Origin: Trypanosoma brucei
Taxonomy: Eukaryota
Assembly (NCBI GenBank): GCA_000002445.1
Contig: CP000068.1
Location: 896,001-960,000 of the forward strand
Reading direction: 5' to 3'
Length of the DNA stretch: 64,000 nt
Within the stretch, counting starts at the first letter, position 1, and each line of letters starts with the position of its first letter. The notes below the pieces were generated by a model. It was not told the origin of the DNA and searched no databases. It was given only the letters and a program-made list of their open reading frames with translations. Shown here piece after piece: positions 22,052 through 31,150 of the stretch. The translations under genes and the position numbers were made by a program.

Positions 22052-22702
22052 TTTTTCAAAAAAGGGAGAGCACATACGTCTATGTACGACAACAGAGGCA
22101 TGCAAATGTCTGGCTCTTCAAATAATGTACGATAGAACAATGAAGGGACAACAAGGGTAGAAAAAGGCATATCAGCACACCAATGTGCGTATATCAAGCA
22201 TAGGAACTTCAGATAGATTACAAAAAGTTTTTAAAAAAGCACTTACCTGTCGATGGCCATAGTGAAATGACTTTTTATTTACTATACAGGAGTGCACACA
22301 GAATATGGAAAACATAGACGAACAGTCCCGACGGACAAAATATTTTAAGATGGCAAAGAAAAACAAAGGCGTGTCAACAACGGGTAGATGAAATAATGAC
22401 ATCAATGGCCATGGTAGCGACGGTGATGACGACAATAATGGTAGCGAGGAATTTAATACTACAAATATCCCAACGGTAGAAATAATTACGACATGTACAC
22501 GGGCAGTTGTGAGAGGGTTCCAATGCCGGGGTTAGTCAGGTGCGGAACCGCTGCCAAACATTCCTTATACGCAGATAAGCAGCTACCAGAACTATGTTGC
22601 AACTAGAACCTTATCATAGAAAGGGAGAAATATAAGTGATAAGCCTCTTCTGAATCGGTTGGCAAAAAAAAACAATAATGATGCATACCGTTGTCGCCTC
22701 CC

Positions 22703-22704
<2 letters not shown>

Positions 22705-22740
<36 letters not shown>
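22705..22740. repeat. (CA)18 dinucleotide microsatellite
   Basis: 'cacacacacacacacacacacacacacacacacaca' inside the strand-switch region. Confidence 0.95.
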
Positions 22741-22743
<3 letters not shown>

Positions 22744-24799
22744 CATAAAGATAGAGAATCGGTGGCATCAACTGACAACCACTGTCACGCTGACACCAAA
22801 GGTAAAGTTCACTCAAGAAATACCTGAGTCCTATGTGCGATTGGTCAACGAAAGTTCACACAAATTTTGCAAACTTGTCATTATCCTACAGAGGACCCTG
22901 TGCGAAAAAAAAAAGTCTCCTCCATTCAATGGACTGCGAAGCTAATAACAGGAAGTAAAGAAGCTGACATGGCCGAGCCGGCAATATACTCACACCCTCT
23001 CAGATAGCGGTTAGAAATCCATAAAGAGAAGTCAGATTCCCGTTGCCTGGTGGCGGTCACACATCTTCGCAACGGCGTGACCCGAGGCGGTGGTGAACTT
23101 TGGAAATTTTTAGCAAAAACATTCCACATATGTTCCTCTTCAGCAGGACATCGCCCTTTAGAGAGGTATTAAAAAGCCATGTACACGCATATGTGCGCAT
23201 TTTGCTGTCGAAAAACAACAGATACCACAAACCCGCATACACATATAAGAGCACAACGTGACAGGGGGGGGGAACGCCTCTACCTACTCAGAAAATTTGG
23301 GTGACCTCTCATCTCTAGTAAGTGAAGACCGGTGACTTGAGCGTTCGGACGTTCTTTGCAATAGAAAGAAACAGCCGTAGCCCGTAAAGATCATAAAGGA
23401 ACATATCGCTAACCAGCTACTGCGGAGAGATGCATACCTTCACATTCCACCATATGCAATCACAAATGCTCCTCCTTCACCTGTTAAACAGATTACCGTT
23501 CCGCAAATAGGTCCCCAGAATGCCGGTAACTTCGCTTCATGCTGATCTCAGTAAGCGTTGGCATCTCCCCCTCTCACGGGCCGCCGCAAAAGAGACCGAC
23601 CCGAGAGGAAATAGCTGCAAAGGAATAACAGAGCCCTCAGTATTACTGCAAAATACACGTCGGTTTTTGTTGTTTTTGTTGTTGTTTTAAAAAATATATA
23701 TCGTTACGAACTACTCTGCTCCGATACGTTGGACCCAGTCGGTCTCGAATGGAGGTGATGTGTCCAATTTCGGCCAAAACGGTATAGGACTGCTGAGAGT
23801 GTCAAGTACTGCTATTGAGGGAAAGACAACCGGTACAAACGCGGCAGTCCCAATAAGCTTACCACACCACGACATCAGCCCAGTTCCACAAAATGTTCAC
23901 AATGTAAAAAAAAATGCTAAGTTGAGCGGAGGCTGCGGGACGCCACTCACATGAGCTTATCCGGCCCCGCGTTGTCTTGTTTGGGACCCTCATACTTCAG
24001 ACAGTGATGCAAACGAAGTAATTATGCGTTGCCATGCCAGGAATGGCACGTGACCCCACGGCTCAGGAAATACCGGCCGGTGTCAGAAAGCGGGGCGGCC
24101 CCAGGTGTTAGATCCCACATGGAACGCGAAACAACACAAAAACTAGTCGGTGATCGGTCCGGCATGATGGTCGATGTCGTTGCCACCCATCCGATGGCAA
24201 AATATTATGAGTTTATGTCAGCGGTCGCTCTTTTCGTGGGGTGAAGGATGCTAATCATACTTTCAAAAACGGTGCGCAGTAGAAGTCCGAAAATGATCCA
24301 GTGAGTCGTCAAATGGCGGGAAAAAAGCGGTGGAGGACACGTGCACCCCAACACGCTGCGATCCAACGAAATCCACTCCCGGAAGGAAGAAAATTTGACC
24401 CCCCGTACCACACACGCACACTCTGATATCGGGTACCGAACCGCCACAAATATAATATGTGTCCAAGAGGTATTCCCGATGGGATTGCAGATTAAGTACC
24501 CATGCGACTGATAGCAATGGCCGCACATTGCACAGCTGTTTAAAAAAAAAAAATTAAAAAAACAGGACGCTTACGACATTCAACCGATAAATACAGGGAG
24601 GAACAGTGCCAAATTGTGCAACATTCGCTTACAACTCACAAGTACTATCGCGTTCAACTCTTCTGGTAGATAACCATGCGCGTGAAAAGCTGCTTTGGCA
24701 AAAAAAAAAAAAGGCATAAGTGCATGGAACGTGATGGCGAAAAACACTCTGCCGTGCCACCGACGGAGGTGCCGTCTGCCTGGAAAGCAACCATCAACG

Positions 24800-27340
24800 T
24801 GTTTCAGTCAGCTGAACGTATGACTTAGACATGGGGGAGGGGCAGCAAAAAACTGTTGCAGATAAGGGCTAGTGACCCACGATGTTTGCTGAAGTCATCC
24901 ATCCCCGAGCCGCAGTACGGAGAAGGGGTGGGGAAGAGGAATCGTGGCATCGCGATGCCGCACGGAGTAAGGAACGAACCTAACGCTGTCATGATGCCAT
25001 CTTTTCTCACAGCGCGGGCTGGTACGGCTAGTAGGGTGACAGTGTGCATGTCCTTCAGATGGATTCGAGTGTTTGCAAACAGAAATCACGGAAATACCTA
25101 GCAAATATCCAGGTAGTGCGCCCCAAATTAGGGCGCATAACTCAAGTTTTGGGAATTCAGGCTGGAGGGAGGGTGCCGATTCTCATCATAATGGTGTCCA
25201 CATGCTGTGGTACGTTGCCCTTGCTCGACTCTGGCAGGAAAGGTTGGCGGGCCGGTTCTTTACTCAACTATGTCGAACGTGAAGCGGTGTTCCACACCCT
25301 CTGATAATTTATTTGGCTTGGAAGACGGTGCGTCGGCTTCGCACATGTAAGTTTGGTGTAAAGAGATAGGGGCTCTCCCAGTCGAGTGAGAATGTAGGGT
25401 GATGCCTTCTCCCCCGTCTAACCCCATTGTTCGGCGGCAGTGCCGTTCATTCCCCCGTCACAGACCCTTTCGGTGGTGTTAGCGGCTCGAAGGGCGGAAC
25501 GGGAGGCCGCTCCCTCTGTCGGTTACACTTGTCGCCGAATAACGAAGTGCCAGCCTCGGTTGCTCGATTTGCTGTGAGGTCGAGGTGCCGGGTGTTGTGC
25601 CGTTGCTGTTATTTCTTTGACCCAGTTGGGGAGTAATGCCGTTTGAAGATGCACGGTTGAACTTTCGGTGCTCGTGCGTGAGCCGGAACTTGAGAGGAGT
25701 GAGTTTGACCGGACCGCCTTCATTGTCCGTGCATTTAGTGCTGCTGGTGCTTTTGGCAGTGCGATCTGTTGAGATGGGCCGTTCGTAGAGCCCTTTGCGC
25801 TGAATGAATATTGGATCTGAGATGTTACCTCTAAACTCTCGTGGCATTGTCTCTCCCACACAGTTTTAACGTGAGTTTAATGATAGCACTTGGGCATATT
25901 AAAGGAAGTAATGGGAGAGATCGTCACTGCTTGTTGATAGCGGTCAATCATTTAAACCGGTAAAAACTTGACAGGAGCAGTGAAGGGTGTCGAAAAAGGG
26001 ATGATATGTCTCGCTGGCGAAGGTGTCATCTCTGTGTAAGTAGCTCAACCACCGATCGTGAGAAATGAACTTCATCCATTTGCTTTTCGTGTGATAACAA
26101 CGGGACTAAGCACCGCTTTAGCTCTGCTGACTGCTGTCTATGCATTCAAACTCCGTCAGACGATATCGAGAAGGAACCCGAGATGATTTCCCCTAAGGGA
26201 CGTTTCCTTCATAAATTTTAAAGAGGGTTCGTGTAAATCTAGGTGGTGAAGCAACAATATGACTGTGGTTTGTGTGACCAGTGCCCTTTCGCAGCGTTCT
26301 CGACTGTCAGGAAACTGTAACATATGGTCGGGACTTCTCATGGTTAAATATTTAGATTCAGATTTTAGTTGCTGATATTGGTGTTGCTTCAGATAGCGTG
26401 GAAGGAAATCCCACCGACAATCGTTCGTAAACCCTACCAACAAGTGCGTCGCAGGTATTAAGAGTTGCAATAAATAAATAAATAATTGTCTATCGAACGT
26501 AAAATCTAGTGGGTGACAGTATCAATCACTCGACGTAGCGAGATACCGCGAGGAAGTGTCTTTCGAGATGTAAAAGATAGCATTACAAAGCGGTTGGATA
26601 AGTGTTGCGCACCCTTTGACAGCTGGGTCGCAGTTCTTTCAATTAAAAAAAAATGAGCGGTATTATTTTCGCGTGTTTTGTTGGGTTGCTGCATGACCTA
26701 TGTACAGGTGCTTTAATCTTTACCATTTCTGCCACACCACACACGGCTATGAGCAGCCACCTGTAGAACCTCGGTGAACCGCTCTGTCCTTCTGTTAAGG
26801 ATAAAATGGGACACGGGATAATGAGGAAGTACTATTTAAATATGTCACTGACCTGATGTTTCCTCTACCAGACGTAGTCACTGAGGTGATTTACCCTTTG
26901 CGCAATTAGTTGCGGGGTTAACGCAAATTTTATTTGGGGTGTTGACAAGATTATTGTGTCCTTAAATATGTATTTGTTTATGGATTTATCATGAGTGAAT
27001 GCTCCGTGGCGTCCGGCTCTTGGTATAGTGTTTATTATGGAAAAGCTCGCGGTTGTTGTTCCTGGTTTCGTGTGCGGTATCATACTTTTTTTTTGTTCAC
27101 ACAGCAGTAGGCAGTGCTGGAGCTCGCTGGCGATTAAAAAAATTTTTTCACTGCTTTAATATGTTCAGAGTGTTTGTAAGGCCTGTGTTTTGCCTACTCG
27201 CTGATTCCTCAGAGGTGAAGGTGCTGGGAGGTGCTGTTTCTTCTTCCACTGCTATTATCGCATCTTGACTCGTGTTTTACTGTTTGTTCCTTAGAACTAG
27301 TAGCTCGCAGGAGCGTACCTCACCACCCGCATTATACCCG
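24800..27340 (+). promoter_or_regulatory. GT-rich block upstream of the first plus-strand gene; candidate GT-rich Pol II promoter / H2A.Z-positioning element
   Basis: Runs such as 'gttgctgttatttctttg', 'ggtgctgctggtgcttttgg', 'gtgtttgtaaggcctgtgttttgcc' and 'tgttttactgtttgttcc' are visible. Established knowledge: GT-rich elements drive initiation in T. brucei TSS regions. Confidence 0.4.
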
Positions 27341-27346
27341 GGTAAT

Positions 27347-27886
27347 ATGTTAGTCGAACGATCGTACAAAACCTCTTTCCAATATGGACGTGAGGGTGTT
27401 GAGGATGCTACCATTGCGTGTACTATATGTCCATCAATGGAAAAAATCCATATTCGTTTTCCTCGCTCAGTTGATGAAATTAAAAGGTCGATTTCCACCT
27501 ACGTTGCTGTGAATGAAGAGTGCATAAACCTCTATGTGCGGGGATGTGGATGTTTTACCGAGGTTTCTGATGAATCACCGATTGTTGGTGAGTATTACGT
27601 GTTGCTGCGGTTGCGTGCAGGGAAGGGTGGTTTCCGGAAGCAGCTTGAAAAAAAGGGTAGAGCGTTTGCTAGATCTAAGAAGCTGCGGAGCTCGACACGA
27701 CAACAACAAGGAGGCCGATCGGACAAGAATCGCGCCCAACCGATTAAATTGTCGAAGCCTCATTCGGACGATAAGGGTGTTGGTCGAAGAGAGCAGGGGA
27801 ATACTGTTGCTTCCGCAGTTGATATCAGCATCAGGGATGCGGTTTGTTGTGGAGTCAAGCGACTTGTTGAGGGACTAAGTACTTAA
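27347..27886 (+). CDS. Small hypothetical ORF at the very start of the plus-strand unit; it may be spurious
   Basis: Track ORF 27272..27886 starts at a GTG; the first ATG is at 27347 (MLVERSYKTSF...). It has a basic K/R-rich centre. It lies inside a GT-rich composition block, which can create chance ORFs. No recognisable domain. Confidence 0.25.
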   Translation: MLVERSYKTSFQYGREGVEDATIACTICPSMEKIHIRFPRSVDEIKRSISTYVAVNEECINLYVRGCGCFTEVSDESPIVGEYYVLLRLRAGKGGFRKQLEKKGRAFARSKKLRSSTRQQQGGRSDKNRAQPIKLSKPHSDDKGVGRREQGNTVASAVDISIRDAVCCGVKRLVEGLST

Positions 27887-28120
27887 AGTCAGTGAAGTAT
27901 TTATCTTGCGCTCCAGTAATATTGTATTACCTTACGTTACGGTTCTTCTGTGATGCTTCCCCTTAGGGATAATATGTTTTGCGGATCAGCGAACTGTATT
28001 TTGTTTCCAGTTTGCATTTTCTTTGTGAGTAAACATTATTTACTTTCTTCTCTTGTGCTTCATTTTTCTCTTTAAATACATCATGTGTAGCACAGAATAC
28101 TCTTAGTGTTTGTTCATTTC

Positions 28121-29500
28121 ATGTCCAGAAGTGTTCCGTGGCGGAATACTTGCCCTGAGGCAGTAACCGACATACTGAATCAATTACCTTCTTGCCAGCT
28201 TCTACTAGTCAAGCGAGTTGGGCCGACGAGTTTCCTTTTGAGCAAGCGAGACGGGCTGGTCAAGTACAGGACGTCTATCGGTGACCCCCATAGCTGTTCA
28301 TGTGACGCCTCGCGGGAGCAGTGCATACATGTCGTTTTCGTTTTGTGTAAAGTGTTTTTCTTACCGCGGGAGAATCCTTTAGTATGGCAGCGCTCGCTTG
28401 TTGCAGCAGAAATAGACGAAATCCTTAGGTCCGAAAACCGGCTTCGGAATGCCTGGAAGAATGTTGACGACACCCGCAGGGACGTTGCAGTTCCAAGGCC
28501 TATTGAAGAAGGTGATGTGTGCCCAATCTGTTTTGAAGAGTTTGGGAACGATACCTCTCTTGATTACTGTGGAGGAGGTTGCGGGAAATATATACATACT
28601 CGTTGCTTCAAACAATATAAACGGCACAATCTTGTAGGTCCCTTACGCTGCCCTTATTGCCGGAGCCTTTGGACTAATACGGTGGGTGCTACTAGCAAGA
28701 GGTGCAGTGGTTGCAAAAAATATGCGAATGGTTCCTGCTACAAGTGCTTATTTTGTCAAGAGTACTTTCTTTGTTCAGACTGTTTCCACCGTCGAGAAAC
28801 TCATTCGCATCATCCGTTTTCTTTGGTCGGGACGAGAGAAGTGGCCGAAAGACACGAAGGGAACAGTGCTTTACCCATGCCGGTGTCCAGTGAACCCACC
28901 GTTAGCATTCCTGAGGAGCTACATCCTCTCATGTATAGAGAAATAGACCCCGAAGACTACGAAACACTTCTTCGTCTGGACGATCAAAATAGTAAAAGGA
29001 AACTGACAGCAGAGGAGTTTTCAGTGCTTCACAGCGAGTGTTGGAGTTCTGGATTACTTACCGACGAGTGTAACATATGCTTAGATACATTTGATGTCAC
29101 CAGTGGTTGCGTGTGGTTGCCATGCGGTCATTTTTTCCATACATCGTGCGCTCAGAGATGGCTTACTGAGCACGTAGCAGAATGTCCCATCGATCACATC
29201 CCGGTTGTGGTGGACAGAGCCGATGTTCAGTCATTAACAGTGAATTCTTCATCTTCTGCTGCAGTTGCACCTCACATTCTTCGTCCCTCCAGACCTCGGG
29301 CTCGTGTGTTGCCGAGACGTCGACTCAACGTTCCGTATAGTTCAGCAACTGTTGGAGTCGAACCTCCAGCTCGGAGAAATGCCGAGAGACAAAGGGGTTC
29401 TGATGTATCACTTCCTTTTCTGGAGCTCCAAGCAGTGTCACTAGGTGTCGGACGACGTAGAGGGCGGTACAACGAACAATTCTTTTATGGTACTGTCTGA
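28121..29500 (+). CDS. ZSWIM2/MEX-like E3 ubiquitin ligase: SWIM zinc finger, RING, ZZ zinc finger, RING-H2
   Basis: Track ORF starts at a GTG at 28106; the first ATG is at 28121 (MSRSVPWRN...). The N-terminal 'VGPTSFLLSKRDGLVKYRTSIGDPHSCSCDASREQCIHVVFVLCKVFFLPREN' aligns by eye with the SWIM region of human ZSWIM2 ('MGPTGFLLKEEEP..YMDFRVFLGNPHVCNCS..ELCKHICWVLLKKFKLPRN'). RING-1 is 'CPICFEEF...CGGGCGKYIHTRCF...CPYC'. The ZZ finger is 'CSGCKKYANGSCYKCLFCQEYFLCSDCFHRRETHSHH'. RING-2 is 'CNICLDTF...LPCGHFFHTSCAQRWL...CPIDH'. Confidence 0.75.
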   Translation: MSRSVPWRNTCPEAVTDILNQLPSCQLLLVKRVGPTSFLLSKRDGLVKYRTSIGDPHSCSCDASREQCIHVVFVLCKVFFLPRENPLVWQRSLVAAEIDEILRSENRLRNAWKNVDDTRRDVAVPRPIEEGDVCPICFEEFGNDTSLDYCGGGCGKYIHTRCFKQYKRHNLVGPLRCPYCRSLWTNTVGATSKRCSGCKKYANGSCYKCLFCQEYFLCSDCFHRRETHSHHPFSLVGTREVAERHEGNSALPMPVSSEPTVSIPEELHPLMYREIDPEDYETLLRLDDQNSKRKLTAEEFSVLHSECWSSGLLTDECNICLDTFDVTSGCVWLPCGHFFHTSCAQRWLTEHVAECPIDHIPVVVDRADVQSLTVNSSSSAAVAPHILRPSRPRARVLPRRRLNVPYSSATVGVEPPARRNAERQRGSDVSLPFLELQAVSLGVGRRRGRYNEQFFYGTV

Positions 29501-29717
29501 ATGGAATCCCCTTTCCATTGTACTTCGGAAGTATTCAATTCTTTCGTAGTGGTATCCGTACGATGGATACATTGGAAGCAAAGACATTGCGTATGCATTG
29601 CTCATCGTGCTCTCTTCCTTTATTTCTGCTCACTTTTGCTTTTGCTTTCCCACCTCTCGTGGTATCATCTTCTTTTTGATATCTTTGTTATTTCCTGAAC
29701 GTTAGGAAGGAAACATA

Positions 29718-30830
29718 ATGCGCCGTGTATCTTCCCCGAATATTACAATACAATCAGTTCGATGGATCTCCGGTGTCTCACCTCTCCTTTATTTTCCACC
29801 GACGACAACGTCAACTACCAACAGAGAAGACCAAATTAACAAAAACACCAATATCGCAATTCAGATGATCAAGAGGTACAAGGGGGAAGTACCTCCCCAT
29901 TACACTCGAAAATCTAGTGCCACCATAGAGCAGGTGGAGAAAGAAATCGATGCTCTACTTGGTGGTGCAGAAAAACTCCGGAAAACTTCAACAGATGATC
30001 AACCTATGGATAAGCTAACGCTTATGGAACGCTGTCTGCGACACGCGCTCTGGTCTTATCACAAGGAGGAAGGGAGATATGACTTTGATCAGATAGGGAG
30101 GTGGGTCGTGTACACGCCTGAGGATGAAGTGAAGTTGGCACAGTTGAAGCGCGAAGTGGAAGCGAAGGAAAAACTGGCGGCTTTGCGGAAACGTCGTGAA
30201 GAGGAGGGACTTCCGGGAGGCCCCGTCCCCAGGATCAATTGGCCTCAGGAATACAGCTCCTTCATTGATCGCGAACCTGTTGTTGCGAAACGCATTCGCT
30301 ACGACACTCTCGCATCCACAACGTTGGAGCGCGATGAGAAGCAGATCGAATCCACGTTGCAACAGTACAGGAGGGCCTCCCAGGATAAACGATTGGATGA
30401 CCTGGTTGATCTCCTTGAGCGCTTTAAGCCGGTACTTGCCCGAGAGGCTATCATGCAGCGCTTGACAATTAAACACCTAGAGGGTCAACTTGGCGTGTGG
30501 CGTTACATGGACTGGTGCCCAGAAGTGCGTGATCGGGCCGAACTCGAGGTGGATATAACTGGATGGCAGTGGTGGTCACCTCTTGAGGAGCGGCGGCTGC
30601 TTCCAGTGCGTTTGCGCTCCGTGAATGAAGTCCGTGAAATTATGTCCAAAACACAGGCAAAGAAGTCAGCTGAAGCTGCTGAGAGGAATCCAATTGTGAC
30701 TCAAACAAGCACGGGTGACAACGCTCGCGACCGTTTACTAAAGGAGGTTCTTGCCCTCCAGGCTCGCATTAATCAGCGCGATGAGGTTGAGCCTTCACAA
30801 ACCGAACAAAAGAAAAAGGCCCATCACTAA
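29718..30830 (+). CDS. Conserved hypothetical protein (370 aa), charged/helical
   Basis: ATG at 29718 preceded by the pyrimidine-rich tract 29640-29700. Coherent amino-acid composition with K/E/R-rich helices. No diagnostic motif recognised. Confidence 0.5.
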   Translation: MRRVSSPNITIQSVRWISGVSPLLYFPPTTTSTTNREDQINKNTNIAIQMIKRYKGEVPPHYTRKSSATIEQVEKEIDALLGGAEKLRKTSTDDQPMDKLTLMERCLRHALWSYHKEEGRYDFDQIGRWVVYTPEDEVKLAQLKREVEAKEKLAALRKRREEEGLPGGPVPRINWPQEYSSFIDREPVVAKRIRYDTLASTTLERDEKQIESTLQQYRRASQDKRLDDLVDLLERFKPVLAREAIMQRLTIKHLEGQLGVWRYMDWCPEVRDRAELEVDITGWQWWSPLEERRLLPVRLRSVNEVREIMSKTQAKKSAEAAERNPIVTQTSTGDNARDRLLKEVLALQARINQRDEVEPSQTEQKKKAHH

Positions 30831-31090
30831 TGCTGGTGACCCGGTAATGTTTTGAAGGAAATTTTGGTTGTGCAACGGCCGCCCGACACTTTTATGTTTT
30901 GGTAGGAAGCGGGTTCGTAGGATTAGTAGAAAGTGGCATTATGCGTTTTGACGATGCTTTCTTCATGAGTGTTTTCTGAGGAATAATAACTGTATGCGGT
31001 CGGATAAAGGGGCAATCACAGGTGCTGCCCGTGTCTTGTATCACCTTCTACTTACCCTATTTCACGCAAAGAGACGCTTGTTGCTGTTGC

Positions 31091-31134
31091 CCTTTATCCC
31101 CTTTGCTTTTCCACAGTTTTCTCTCGGTGTTCAG
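31091..31134 (+). promoter_or_regulatory. Polypyrimidine tract plus AG: spliced-leader trans-splice acceptor for STI1
   Basis: 'cctttatcccctttgcttttccacagttttctctcggtgttcag'. The AG is 17 nt before the ATG at 31151. Confidence 0.55.
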
Positions 31135-31150
31135 GCACTCAAAGTACTTA

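Larger units (their letters stand above)
19668..28120. promoter_or_regulatory. Divergent strand-switch region (about 8.4 kb, ORF-free) separating the minus- and plus-strand gene blocks; putative bidirectional RNA Pol II transcription start region
   Basis: All credible genes left of 19.7 kb are on the minus strand and all genes right of 27.3-28.1 kb are on the plus strand. No ORF longer than about 125 aa lies between them. The plus strand is A/C-rich near 19.8-21 kb and G/T-rich near 24.8-27.3 kb. So each diverging transcript carries a GT-rich leader. Confidence 0.7.

Noticed and set aside
19668-28120. Search for tRNA, snRNA or snoRNA genes in the strand-switch region (such regions often carry Pol III genes)
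   Set aside because: I found no T-arm 'GGTTCGAATCC'-type box, no A/B-box pair and no convincing C/D (RUGAUGA...CUGA) pairing by eye. Absence is not proven without tRNAscan or Infernal.
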